Positions 19,092 to 28,966 of a DNA stretch of 64,000 bases are shown here, piece after piece; the stretch's first letter is position 1; each line of letters opens with the position of its first letter. The stretch is from Gemmatimonadota bacterium (GTDB lineage: Bacteria; Gemmatimonadota; Gemmatimonadetes; Palauibacterales; Palauibacteraceae): contig JBDHHR010000002.1 in the NCBI GenBank assembly GCA_039589295.1, forward strand, positions 18,442 to 82,441, written 5' to 3'. The position numbers and the translations under genes are program-made. The notes beneath the pieces were generated by a model. It had not been told where the DNA came from. It made no database searches and saw only the letters and a program-made list of their open reading frames with translations.

Positions 19092-20033
19092 GTGACGCAG
19101 GAGAGCTTCGAGCACGCGCCGGTATTGGCGGCAGAAGCGCTCAGCTTCCTACAGCCCGAAGAGGGAGGGCTGTACCTGGACGGCACAGTGGGCGGAGGGG
19201 GACACGCCGCCCTGCTGCTCGAGGCGAACGCGCAGGTGAGCCTTATCGGGCTGGATCGCGATCCGGAGGCGGTGACGGCGACACGCCGACGGCTGGCCGC
19301 ATACGGAACACGTGTACGGATCGTCGAGGCAGATTTTCGCGCTGCCGAGAACTTGCTGGAAACGGAGATAGGGGAACCCGGTCTGACCGGCGCGCTCCTG
19401 GACCTGGGGGTTTCGTCACACCAGATCGACACTGCGGCACGCGGGTTCTCCTTCCGTCGGGGCACACCGTTGGATATGCGGATGGGCGGGACAACCGGCG
19501 GATGGAGGACCGCGGCCGACTTGCTGAACACGGCGTCCGAGGCCGAGCTCGGACGGATCTTCCGCGAGTTTGGTGAAGAGCGGAGGTGGAAGGCACTTGC
19601 CCGGGAGATCGTACGTCGTCGTCGTCGGGCCCCGCTGCGGACGGCCGACGACCTGGTGGCCGCCTGTACGGCGGTGCTGGGTACCGGGCTCGGACCGGGC
19701 GTCAAGGCGCGAGTCTTTCAGGCGGTACGCATAGCTGTGAACGACGAGCTCGAAGCCCTGCGGGATGGTCTCGAGGGCATACGGAGACTGCTGCGCCCGG
19801 AAGGACGGTTGGTCGTCATCTCCTACCACTCTCTGGAAGATCGAATCGCGAAGGAAATGTTCCGAACCTGGAGCCTTAGCTGCATCTGTCCGCCCGAGTT
19901 CCCGGTGTGCCGGTGTCGCGGGAAAGCTCTCGGTCGGACGCTGACCCGGAAACCGGTCCGCCCCTCGGCGACCGAGGTCGCGACCAACAAGCGAGCGCGC
20001 AGTGCGCTCCTCCGGGCGTGGGAAAGCAGCTAA
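19092..20033 (+). CDS. rsmH: 16S rRNA (cytosine1402-N4)-methyltransferase
   Basis: HAPVLAAEAL, GGGGHA and DLGVSSHQID motifs. GTG start with a GGGAGG RBS. Confidence 0.9.
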   Translation: MTQESFEHAPVLAAEALSFLQPEEGGLYLDGTVGGGGHAALLLEANAQVSLIGLDRDPEAVTATRRRLAAYGTRVRIVEADFRAAENLLETEIGEPGLTGALLDLGVSSHQIDTAARGFSFRRGTPLDMRMGGTTGGWRTAADLLNTASEAELGRIFREFGEERRWKALAREIVRRRRRAPLRTADDLVAACTAVLGTGLGPGVKARVFQAVRIAVNDELEALRDGLEGIRRLLRPEGRLVVISYHSLEDRIAKEMFRTWSLSCICPPEFPVCRCRGKALGRTLTRKPVRPSATEVATNKRARSALLRAWESS

Positions 20034-20143
20034 GAACGGGTGCCGGTTCCCGAAAGGGAGACGCGCGAGGCTCGCCGAAGCGCCGGGCCACAGAACCGAA
20101 CGCCCGCTCGGGTGGCACTGGAGCTCGCCGGCGACGTCGTCGT

Positions 20144-20425
20144 GTGGGAAACCGCCGTCGGCGTGTGCAGCTGGCGGCGTTGGCCCTCCTCCTGGTGGCC
20201 TCGATGCTGGTGTCGCTACGCCGTACGGCCGGGGGGCGGAAGCTGAGCGAATCGCTGAACGCGCTGGCGCGAGAGGAAGTAGTGTTGCGCACACAGTTGG
20301 CCGAGGAGCTTGTCCGGGTGGATTCGCTCAGCTCGCGGGAGAGGATCCTGGAGGTGGCCGCAGGCCTCGGGCTGCGCAGTCCCGAGGACCGGGAGATCAT
20401 CAACCTGCCCGACGTCACGCGGTGA
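20144..20425 (+). CDS. ftsL: cell division protein FtsL (small bitopic)
   Basis: Basic N-terminus, one TM helix (LAALALLLVASMLVSL) and a coiled coil, in the canonical rsmH-ftsL-ftsI position. The GTG start is uncertain (20144 or 20165). Confidence 0.6.
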   Translation: MGNRRRRVQLAALALLLVASMLVSLRRTAGGRKLSESLNALAREEVVLRTQLAEELVRVDSLSSRERILEVAAGLGLRSPEDREIINLPDVTR

Positions 20426-20447
20426 AGGTCGGGGGAAACGAAACACG

Positions 20448-22412
20448 ATGAGGCCGAAGCGACGGAGGATCTCGAAACGGACACATGCCCGGCGAACGAG
20501 AACCGTCTCCGCGATGCTGGCGCTCCTCGCCACCGCCTTCGTGAGTCGTGCGGCGCAACTGCAGATCGTACAGAGCGAGCGCTGGAAGACGCAGGCGTAC
20601 GACCAGACGACGGAGCGTGTGGAGCTCCCTGCTGCGCGGGGCGGGATATACGATCGTAACGGCAAGCCTCTCGCTCTGTCCCGGCCCCGGTATCGCGCCT
20701 TTTTTGCACCGACGGAGGCCACCGACCGTCGTCGGGATGCTACGACCATCGCCCGCGTCCTGGATCTCTCCAGCCGCGAGACCTCCCGTCTGACAGATGC
20801 CGACCGGGGCTGGCATCTCATCGGAACCGTCAGCGGTCGGGAACGGGAAATCCTCGCCGGCTCAGTGAGCCGCGGCATCCACTTCGAGCAAGTCGAATCC
20901 CGGATGTATCCCCAGAGCGGACTCGCCCGCTCGCTTCTGGGGTCCGTGGCAGCCAGCGGGCGGGGGCGGTCGGGCCTGGAGCTGGTCCTGGACAGTCTGC
21001 TTCGCGGAACGCCGGGCGAGGTGCTCAAACAGAAGGATGCCCGAGGTGAGCGCTACGTCGTGTCCACGGAGCCGGATGCCCCTGCGACCCCCGGGAACGA
21101 TGTCTTTCTCACCCTCGATGCGGAGCTGCAGGAGATCGCGGAGCAAGCCCTCGACCGCGCGCTCGATGAAACAGGGTCCTCAGGCGGAGATGTGCTGATA
21201 GCGGACCCGAGGACGGGAGACCTCCTGGCCGTGGCCAGCCGGCGGCCGGACGCAACCGCCAGCATTCCGGCGCTCTCGGATCCTTTCGAACCGGGGTCCA
21301 CCGTAAAGCCCTTTCTGCTGGCGAACCTCCTGCAGGAGAACCTGGCGAGCCTGGACGATCGAGTCTATGCCGAGCACGGCGAGTACAGGACGGCGTACCG
21401 TACTATCAGGGACGTTCATCCTCACGACACGCTTACCGTTGCCGAGATCGTTCGCTTCTCGAGCAACATCGGGGCAGCCAAGCTCGCCGAGCGCATCGAG
21501 CCGGGACTCCAGTACCGCTACCTGCGCGACTTCGGCTTCGGAACTCCTACCGGACTCCGGTTCCCCGGCGAATCGGGAGGCCTCCTGCGCCGACCGGAGA
21601 CCTGGTCGGCGCTCAGCCAGGCGTCCCTCGCCTTCGGCTACGAACTGATGGTCACATCCGTGCAGCTGGTGGCGGCCTACGGAGCCCTCGCCAACGACGG
21701 CGTGCTCCTGCGTCCGGGGTTGATCCACGAGATCCGCAGTCCCGAAGGACGGCCGGTGTGGCGACGACGGATCGAGCCTATCCGGCGCGTCATCCGGCCG
21801 GAGATTGCCGGGACGATCACGCACGTCCTTAGCTCTGTAGTGGATGAGGGAGGGACGGGCTCTCGTGCCTCCCTCGCCACGCTGACAGTGGCCGGTAAGA
21901 CGGGGACGGCGCGGATCGCGTCCGACGGCGGCTATGGCGAACGCCGCTACGCCGCTTCCTTCGTGGGGTACATCCCGGCAGAGCAACCCCGACTGGTCGT
22001 CCTCACGAAGCTGGAGGATCCGAAGGGGCTGTACTATGGCGGGAGGGTGGCGGCGCCCCTGATTCGGACCGTCCTGCAGGACATTCTCGCCGCTCCCGGC
22101 GTGGGAATCATCGGTGCCGACCTTACACGGAAGCCGCGCGAGCGGCTCGAATGGGGCACATATCGGCAGGTAAGAGAATCGCCGTTTCGTCTGGCATCTG
22201 ACGACGGGATGCCGCGGGCTGCGGCACTAGCCGCTGGGCGGCAGCAACGACTCGTGTTGCCCGATCTGACCGGGCTCAGAGTCCGCACTGCGGCGGCTAG
22301 GCTGCACCAGCTCGGGCTCCAGGTCAAGCTGGAGTGCTCTGGCCAGGTGCGGCGCCAGACTCCGGCTCCCGGCAGCCGCATGGTCCCGGGTGCCACGGTC
22401 CTCCTGCAGTAG
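20448..22412 (+). CDS. ftsI: peptidoglycan D,D-transpeptidase FtsI (class B PBP) with a C-terminal PASTA domain
   Basis: TM anchor, the STVK, SSN and KTGT active-site motifs, and a C-terminal ~60-aa PASTA-like domain (LVLPDLTGLRVRTAAARLHQLGL...). Confidence 0.9.
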   Translation: MRPKRRRISKRTHARRTRTVSAMLALLATAFVSRAAQLQIVQSERWKTQAYDQTTERVELPAARGGIYDRNGKPLALSRPRYRAFFAPTEATDRRRDATTIARVLDLSSRETSRLTDADRGWHLIGTVSGREREILAGSVSRGIHFEQVESRMYPQSGLARSLLGSVAASGRGRSGLELVLDSLLRGTPGEVLKQKDARGERYVVSTEPDAPATPGNDVFLTLDAELQEIAEQALDRALDETGSSGGDVLIADPRTGDLLAVASRRPDATASIPALSDPFEPGSTVKPFLLANLLQENLASLDDRVYAEHGEYRTAYRTIRDVHPHDTLTVAEIVRFSSNIGAAKLAERIEPGLQYRYLRDFGFGTPTGLRFPGESGGLLRRPETWSALSQASLAFGYELMVTSVQLVAAYGALANDGVLLRPGLIHEIRSPEGRPVWRRRIEPIRRVIRPEIAGTITHVLSSVVDEGGTGSRASLATLTVAGKTGTARIASDGGYGERRYAASFVGYIPAEQPRLVVLTKLEDPKGLYYGGRVAAPLIRTVLQDILAAPGVGIIGADLTRKPRERLEWGTYRQVRESPFRLASDDGMPRAAALAAGRQQRLVLPDLTGLRVRTAAARLHQLGLQVKLECSGQVRRQTPAPGSRMVPGATVLLQ

Positions 22413-22490
22413 ATGATCGGCGGGGTGCGACAACTAGATGCTTCGGCGGCTGTCGAAACGTCCACAGCAACGTGGCCACCGTGGTGTGAA

Positions 22491-23951
22491 ATGATCACGC
22501 GGGAACGGATTGAGGCACGGCTGAGCCAGCGGGGCCTGGCGCTCTCCTGGGTAGGTGACCCGCCAACGGCCTTCGCGGGACTGGCCGTGGATTCGCGAGC
22601 GGCAGCCCCGGGCGACCTCTTCTGCGCGATTCGCGGGTCCGAGACGGACGGACACCATTACCTGGACAGGGCCGCGGCCGCCGGTGCGGTCGCGGCCCTC
22701 GTCGAGAGGGCAGTGGGTTCGTCCTCGCTCCCCCAGCTGGTGGTGCCCGACACCCGTGCGGCCGCCGCCCACGTCGCCTCTCTCCAGTTCTCGGATCCTG
22801 GCGTCGGGGTCAGCATCGCCGGCGTGACCGGGACCAACGGCAAGACCACCACAACCCTGATCCTGCGCCACCTGATGGTTTCCGTTGGGCCGGCTGCCGC
22901 GGTGGGAACTCTCGGCGTAGTGGACCCCGCCGGCGAGCGACGGCCGGGGCGGCTCACTACCCCTGGTCCGCTGGATCTCATGGCCACCGTCGACGAGTTG
23001 CGCCTCGCAGGCGCCGCGTTCCTAGCTCTGGAGGTCTCGTCCCACGCTTTGGCTCAACGCCGGGTCGAAGCGCTGGATTTCGACTGTGCCGTGTTCACGA
23101 ACATGACCCGTGACCACCTCGACTATCACTCCGAGATGGACGTCTACCGGGACACCAAGCTCGGACTCGCGGGTCTCGTCAGCTCAGACGGAGCGTGCGT
23201 AGTCAACCTGGACGATGAGATCTGGCGCGACGCCGACTACCGGGGCAGGCGCGTGGTGGGCTACGGCCGGATGTCGACTGCAGATGTACGCGCCGAGGAC
23301 GTCCGACTCGACCCTGCGGGAAGCCGCTGGACTCTAATCTGCGCGGGGCGGCGTCACCTTGTCCGTCTTCCGCTCATCGGAAGCTTCAACGTCTCCAACG
23401 CGCTGGCAGCAGCCGCCGCCGCGCTCGAACTGGGGGCGGATCCTGATGCGCTGCCCGAGCGGCTCGCGGCAACTCCTCAGGTGCCAGGCCGGATGGAGGC
23501 GCTTGCACGCCAGCCCATGCTGGTGCTGCGCGACTATGCCCACACACCTGACGCTCTGTCACGGGCGCTGGAAGCGCTGCGCCCCTTCGCCTCCGGGCGG
23601 CTGATAGTCGTCTTCGGGTGCGGCGGAGATCGCGATCGCGGCAAACGGCCGCTGATGGGACGGATCGCCGCTACGGGAGCGGACATGGCGATCGTTACGT
23701 CCGACAATCCTCGCAGCGAGGATCCGGGGCGAATCGCACGCGATATCGTCGACGGTCTGCCCAGCGACGCCTACCGCCTCGTGTTGGATCGTCGTGAGGC
23801 GATCGCCCACGCCCTGGATGCGGCTGGGCCCCACGACGTGGTGCTGCTGGCCGGTAAGGGGCACGAAACGTACCAGGAGGTCGGAGGAAGGCGAATCCCG
23901 TTCGACGAGTCCCGGATCGTGGCCGGACTCCTGGCCGGCGGAGAGGCGTGA
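22491..23951 (+). CDS. murE: UDP-MurNAc-L-Ala-D-Glu:meso-DAP ligase
   Basis: DSR...GDLF, GVTGTNGKTT, and DNPR at the C-terminal end. The start could instead be the ATG at 22413. Confidence 0.85.
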   Translation: MITRERIEARLSQRGLALSWVGDPPTAFAGLAVDSRAAAPGDLFCAIRGSETDGHHYLDRAAAAGAVAALVERAVGSSSLPQLVVPDTRAAAAHVASLQFSDPGVGVSIAGVTGTNGKTTTTLILRHLMVSVGPAAAVGTLGVVDPAGERRPGRLTTPGPLDLMATVDELRLAGAAFLALEVSSHALAQRRVEALDFDCAVFTNMTRDHLDYHSEMDVYRDTKLGLAGLVSSDGACVVNLDDEIWRDADYRGRRVVGYGRMSTADVRAEDVRLDPAGSRWTLICAGRRHLVRLPLIGSFNVSNALAAAAAALELGADPDALPERLAATPQVPGRMEALARQPMLVLRDYAHTPDALSRALEALRPFASGRLIVVFGCGGDRDRGKRPLMGRIAATGADMAIVTSDNPRSEDPGRIARDIVDGLPSDAYRLVLDRREAIAHALDAAGPHDVVLLAGKGHETYQEVGGRRIPFDESRIVAGLLAGGEA

Positions 23952-25324
23952 TGGGAGCTCGCTTCGATTCGGCCGAGCTCCGTGCTCTCTTCCGTCAGCC
24001 GCCGCAGACCGAGCGGCGTACTTACCTCTCCGTGTCCACGGACACCCGCTCCCTTGAGCCGGGGGCCCTGTTCGTGGCCCTGCGCGGCGAGCGCTTTGAC
24101 GGCGGCGATTTCCTGGCAGAGGCCGCTCGCCGCGCCGCCCGCGGCGCCGTCGTGCCGGCAGGCCGTGAGCTCCCCGAGCTCGACTTGGAATGGTTTCCGG
24201 TGCCCGACACCACGGCCGCGCTGGGGGAGCTGGCCCGGCATTACCGGTCGACACGTGAGGCCCGGGTGATCGCTATTACAGGTAGCTCCGGGAAGACGAC
24301 CGTCAAAGAGATGTTGACCCGCGCTCTCTCCGGAGGGATGGTCACGCACGCCACGCATGGGAATCTCAACAATCAGATCGGCCTGCCGCTGTCTATCCTC
24401 ACGGCTCCGCCTGACGCTCAGGTCTGGGTGCTCGAGCTGGGTGCCAGCGCCCCCGGGGAGATCCATGCGCTGACCCTGATCGCGGCGCCTGACGATGCGG
24501 TGATCACCACGGTGGGTCCAGCTCATCTCGAAGGGTTCGGGGAAGTCGCAGGTGTTCTCGACGAGAAGCTGGACCTGGTGCGGGGCAGCCGGCCCGAAGG
24601 CCTGGTCGTCGTCGGCGAGCTGCCTGACACGCTGGCGCACGCTGCGCGCAGTCTGCGTGCCGACACGATCGTCGCCGGCCTGTCGCCCGCGGCGGGATTC
24701 CGTCCCGATGCCTATCGAATTCGTCCGACAGAGCTCGAATTCGAGCGGGACGGGATCATGTACCACCTGCCGGTGGGAGGAGAACACCACCTTCGGGACG
24801 CGCTGATCGCGGCCGCGACGGCCGATGGACTGGGTGTGGATCCGGAGCTGACCGCGGCCGGCCTCAGCGAGTACCGGCCGCTGGGCATGCGAAGCTCGTT
24901 ACTCCAGGCCGGCGGGCTCACCGTCGTGGCCGACTGCTACAACGCGAACCCGGAATCGTTCGCTGCGGTAATCAGGTACTGTGCCGACGCCTTCCCGGGT
25001 CGCCGCCTGGCCGCTGTCGTCGGAACGATGCTGGAGCTCGGCAGACACTCCGAGAAGGCGCACCGCAGCGTGGCCAGCGAGCTGCTCGACGCCGGATTCG
25101 AGTGCATAGTCGCCCTCGGCGATTTCGGTCCCGCCTTCGATTCCCTGGGCCCGGTACGCAACGGCACGACCGTCGCCTGCCGGGAGAAGGTCGAGGATGC
25201 ATGGGACGCTCTGCAGGAGCGGCTCCAGGGCCACGAGGTAGTGCTGGTGAAAGCATCCCGCGGGGTCCGACTCGAGGCGGTGGTCGATAGGATTGCTGCC
25301 GAGTACGGGGCAGGAGAGGCCTGA
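23948..25324 (+). CDS. murF: UDP-MurNAc-tripeptide:D-Ala-D-Ala ligase
   Basis: DTRSL, ITGSSGKTT and the Mur ligase C-terminal domain. It overlaps the murE stop. Confidence 0.9.
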   Translation: MMGARFDSAELRALFRQPPQTERRTYLSVSTDTRSLEPGALFVALRGERFDGGDFLAEAARRAARGAVVPAGRELPELDLEWFPVPDTTAALGELARHYRSTREARVIAITGSSGKTTVKEMLTRALSGGMVTHATHGNLNNQIGLPLSILTAPPDAQVWVLELGASAPGEIHALTLIAAPDDAVITTVGPAHLEGFGEVAGVLDEKLDLVRGSRPEGLVVVGELPDTLAHAARSLRADTIVAGLSPAAGFRPDAYRIRPTELEFERDGIMYHLPVGGEHHLRDALIAAATADGLGVDPELTAAGLSEYRPLGMRSSLLQAGGLTVVADCYNANPESFAAVIRYCADAFPGRRLAAVVGTMLELGRHSEKAHRSVASELLDAGFECIVALGDFGPAFDSLGPVRNGTTVACREKVEDAWDALQERLQGHEVVLVKASRGVRLEAVVDRIAAEYGAGEA

Positions 25325-26427
25325 TGCTGTACCACCTTCTCTTTCCCCTGGCCGACCGGCACATCCTGTTCAACCTCTTCCAGTACATCTCGTTCAGGGC
25401 CGCCGGCGCGATGGTGACCGCTCTGCTGGTGAGCTTCGTTGCGGGTCCGTTCGTCATCCGACAACTGGAACGGCACAACATCGGGCAGGTCGTCCGCCTG
25501 GAGGGGCCCAAGTCGCACCGGGGGAAGGCCGGAACGCCAACGATGGGAGGAATCATCATACTGGTGGCGGTGCTCGCCGCCACTCTTCTGTGGGCCCCGT
25601 TGAACGACAGGTACGTGATAATCGCCCTGGTAGTCACCCTGCTCCTGGGCGCGATCGGCTTCTGGGACGACTACCTGAAGGTTGTCCGGCACGAGTCCCG
25701 CGGTCTCATCGTCCGCCAGAAGCTGGTCTTGCAGCTAGCAACCGGGGTGGCGCTGGGCCTGCTTCTTCTCAACCTGCCGCTCTCCGCGGATCCCGTGGCA
25801 CACCGACTGGTCCCGTTCCTGAAGAATGTCCATTTGGTGCTCCTGCCGGCGGCGTTCCCGCTCTTCGTGGCCATCGTCGTGGCCTTCAGCTCCAACGCGG
25901 TGAACCTGACTGATGGACTGGACGGACTTGCCGCCGGCCTCAGCGCGATCGCGGCGCTGGCCTTCGGCGTCTTTGCATATGTCATAGGACGCGTGGACAC
26001 ATCGTTCTACTTGGGCCTGCCGTACCTTCCGGCGGGAGAGTTGACGGTGTTCTGCGTAGCGGTGGCGGGCGCGGCCATCGGGTTCCTGTGGTTCAACGCG
26101 CCTCCAGCCCTGGTCTTCATGGGTGACACAGGGTCACTAGCCCTGGGCGGTGCCATAGGGACGGTGGCAGTGCTGCTCAAGTCGGAGCTGCTCCTGTTCA
26201 TCGTGGGGGGCGTCTTCGTGGCCGAGGCGGTCTCCGTCATACTCCAGACGACCGGCTTCAAGTACACCCGGTGGAAGACTGGCACCGGGCGCCGGCTGTT
26301 TCGCATGGCCCCGCTCCATCACCACTTCGAGCAACTCGGTTGGCCCGAGACGCGGGTGGTGATCCGCTTCTACATCGTGGCGATCATCTTCGCCCTGGCC
26401 GGCCTGGCCACCATGAAGGTGCGATGA
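25324..26427 (+). CDS. mraY: phospho-N-acetylmuramoyl-pentapeptide transferase
   Basis: MLYHLLFPL N-terminus, 10 TM helices, and the NAVNLTDGLDGLA motif. Confidence 0.95.
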   Translation: MLYHLLFPLADRHILFNLFQYISFRAAGAMVTALLVSFVAGPFVIRQLERHNIGQVVRLEGPKSHRGKAGTPTMGGIIILVAVLAATLLWAPLNDRYVIIALVVTLLLGAIGFWDDYLKVVRHESRGLIVRQKLVLQLATGVALGLLLLNLPLSADPVAHRLVPFLKNVHLVLLPAAFPLFVAIVVAFSSNAVNLTDGLDGLAAGLSAIAALAFGVFAYVIGRVDTSFYLGLPYLPAGELTVFCVAVAGAAIGFLWFNAPPALVFMGDTGSLALGGAIGTVAVLLKSELLLFIVGGVFVAEAVSVILQTTGFKYTRWKTGTGRRLFRMAPLHHHFEQLGWPETRVVIRFYIVAIIFALAGLATMKVR

Positions 26428-27818
26428 CGAGCCGGCGGAGCGCCTTCGAGCCCGGCGCAGCAGTGTCGGTCCTGGGACTCGGTCTCTCCGGCCAGGCGGC
26501 GGCCCGGCTTGCCAGCGCGCGCGGCGGTCGGGTTTACGCCAGCGACGTGAGTGACGGCCGGGCACAGCGCGAGGCCGCTTCCCGTCTGCGCTCGGAAAGT
26601 GTCGCCGTTGAGACGGGCGGCCATGACCTGGAGCGTATTCTGGCCAGCGATCTCGTCGTGGTGAGCCCTGGTATCAGCCCCTTCTCGGAGATCCGCCAGC
26701 GCATCGCCGCCTCGGGAGTGCGGACAATCGCCGAAATCGAGCTCGCCTACCGCGATCTGCGCAGCCGGGTGATCGCCATCACCGGGACGAACGGCAAGAC
26801 GACTACGACTCAATTGACGGCTCATGTGCTCCAGGCCGGCGGGATCATGGCCGAGGCAGTCGGTAACATCGGACGACCCCTGTCAGAGACGGCCCTGGCC
26901 GCGGAACATCCCGAATGGGTCGCGGTGGAGCTCAGCTCCTTCCAGCTGGCCGACCTTGAAGACTTCACACCGGAGATAGGCGTGCTGCTCAACCTGTCGC
27001 CGGACCACCTCGATCGATATCGCGATGTCGAGAGCTACTACGCGGACAAGAGGCGTCTCTTCGCGAACGCAACCCCCTCTTCGCGCTGGATCCTGAATGC
27101 GGACGACCAGGCGGTGCTCAACCTCGCCGATGGAGTGGATGGGGATCTGTATCTCTTCTCTCTGCGCGCGCCGACCGAACAGGGCGCCTTCCTGAACCGG
27201 GATGGCTGGCTCACGGCCAGGCTCGCGGCAGGGGAGCTTCGCTGGACCCGGGTCCGGGACCTGACCCTGCTCGGGGAGCATAACGTTGCCAACTGCCTTG
27301 CTGCGGGGCTGGCGGCGACTCTCGCCGGGTGCGATACCGAACAGATCGGACCTGCCCTCGGGTCGTTCCGCGCGCTTCCGCACCGTCTGGCGCCCGTCGA
27401 AGAGCGTGTCGGTGTGTTGTGGGTCAACGACTCGAAGGCCACCAACATCTCCGCCACCCGTGTGGCGATCCTCGCTTTCGATCGACCGGTCGTTCTCCTC
27501 CTCGGTGGGCGTCACAAGGGAGAGCCGTACTCCGGGCTCTCTGCCGCGATCGAGCAGCAAGTCAAAGCGGTAGTCGCTTTCGGCGAGGCGGCACAGCGGA
27601 TCGTCTCCGATCTCGGCAGCCAGGTAAGCTCTCTGCGGGTGGAGAGCGACTTGGAGTCGGCGGTGCAGGCGGCGGCGGAACTGGCGCTTCCGGGCGACGT
27701 GGTGCTGTTCTCTCCCGCCTGCTCGAGCTACGACGTGTTCCCCGACTACGAGGTCCGAGGCGAGGCGTTCGCGCGGGCGGTACGTAGCCTCGGCGAGCGG
27801 AAGGGAAGCGCGGCATGA
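26424..27818 (+). CDS. murD: UDP-MurNAc-L-Ala:D-Glu ligase
   Basis: GLGLSG Rossmann fold, ITGTNGKTTTT, Mur ligase domains. The ATG overlaps the mraY stop (ATGA). Confidence 0.9.
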   Translation: MTSRRSAFEPGAAVSVLGLGLSGQAAARLASARGGRVYASDVSDGRAQREAASRLRSESVAVETGGHDLERILASDLVVVSPGISPFSEIRQRIAASGVRTIAEIELAYRDLRSRVIAITGTNGKTTTTQLTAHVLQAGGIMAEAVGNIGRPLSETALAAEHPEWVAVELSSFQLADLEDFTPEIGVLLNLSPDHLDRYRDVESYYADKRRLFANATPSSRWILNADDQAVLNLADGVDGDLYLFSLRAPTEQGAFLNRDGWLTARLAAGELRWTRVRDLTLLGEHNVANCLAAGLAATLAGCDTEQIGPALGSFRALPHRLAPVEERVGVLWVNDSKATNISATRVAILAFDRPVVLLLGGRHKGEPYSGLSAAIEQQVKAVVAFGEAAQRIVSDLGSQVSSLRVESDLESAVQAAAELALPGDVVLFSPACSSYDVFPDYEVRGEAFARAVRSLGERKGSAA

Positions 27819-28963
27819 AGAGCGGTGGTCTGCTGCGTGGCTTCCCGGCCCTGCCGACCGGACGTCGTGCCTCACTGGCCGGGCGGGGCCTCCTGGTGGT
27901 CACCTTCCTCCTGGTCTCGTTCGGGCTGATCTCGGTATACAGCGCCAGCTCGTACGTGGCCCATGCCGAGGGGCTGCAGGACAGCCATTACTTCTTCCGG
28001 CAGCTCAGCCGGGCCGGTGTCGGCGCGCTGGTCCTGTTGACGGCGAGCCTGGTGGATTACCGCATCCTGCGGAAGCTGGCCTGGCCCATCCTCATCGCGG
28101 CCGTGATTCTGCTGCTGCCACTGCTGCTGCCCGGCACGGAGTCGATCGCACCTCGCTGGAACGGAGCCCGTCGGTGGCTGCGGCTTGGAGTGTCCGTGCA
28201 GCCGTCCGAGCTGGCCAAGATAGCCATCGTGATCTGGACCGCTTCGCTCGCCGTCAAGAAGCAGAACCGGCTGCACAGCTTCCGGCACGGCCTGCTGCCG
28301 TTTCTGCTCATCGTGGGTCCAGTCTGCCTGCTGGTGCTGCTGGAGCCCCACTTCTCGGCCGCCCTGATGATCGCGGCGCTGGCCGGAGTGGTCCTGTTCG
28401 CTGCCGGCGCCCGGATCGGCCACTTCGCGCTTCTTGCCGTCGCCTGCCTCCCCCTCGCCTGGAGCCAGATCATGACTGCCGGTTATCGGTCGGCCCGGCT
28501 GGCGACGTTCCTCGATCCGGAGGCCGCCGCTTCGACGGGGGGCTATCAGCTTCAACAATCGCTAATCGCGGTAGGCTCCGGAGGGCTGTTCGGGGTGGGG
28601 TTCGGAAAGAGCGGGCTCAAGATGGCGTTCCTGCCCGAGCCGCAGAACGACTTCATCTTCTCCATCATTGCTGAAGAATGGGGCTTTGCCGGGGCGGTTG
28701 CGGTAATCGGCCTGTTTCTCGTTTGGGCGCTGTTCGGCCTACGCATCGCCCGAGGCGCGCGGGACCTGTTTGGACGGCTGCTGGCGGTCGGGATCACTTC
28801 GCTGGTGGTCCTCGCGGCCTTCGGCCACATCGGTGTCTCCCTCGGCGTGTTTCCGACCACGGGCGTGAATCTGCCTTTCATCAGTGCCGGCGGGACGAAC
28901 ATCGTCCTCATGCTGGGCGCCACGGGCATCCTGCTGAGCGTGTCGAAGCGATGGAGCGGGTGA
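27815..28963 (+). CDS. ftsW: SEDS-family peptidoglycan glycosyltransferase FtsW
   Basis: 10-TM SEDS protein with conserved C-terminal ...LPFISAGGT. It overlaps the murD stop. Confidence 0.9.
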   Translation: MKSGGLLRGFPALPTGRRASLAGRGLLVVTFLLVSFGLISVYSASSYVAHAEGLQDSHYFFRQLSRAGVGALVLLTASLVDYRILRKLAWPILIAAVILLLPLLLPGTESIAPRWNGARRWLRLGVSVQPSELAKIAIVIWTASLAVKKQNRLHSFRHGLLPFLLIVGPVCLLVLLEPHFSAALMIAALAGVVLFAAGARIGHFALLAVACLPLAWSQIMTAGYRSARLATFLDPEAAASTGGYQLQQSLIAVGSGGLFGVGFGKSGLKMAFLPEPQNDFIFSIIAEEWGFAGAVAVIGLFLVWALFGLRIARGARDLFGRLLAVGITSLVVLAAFGHIGVSLGVFPTTGVNLPFISAGGTNIVLMLGATGILLSVSKRWSG

Positions 28964-28966
28964 CGA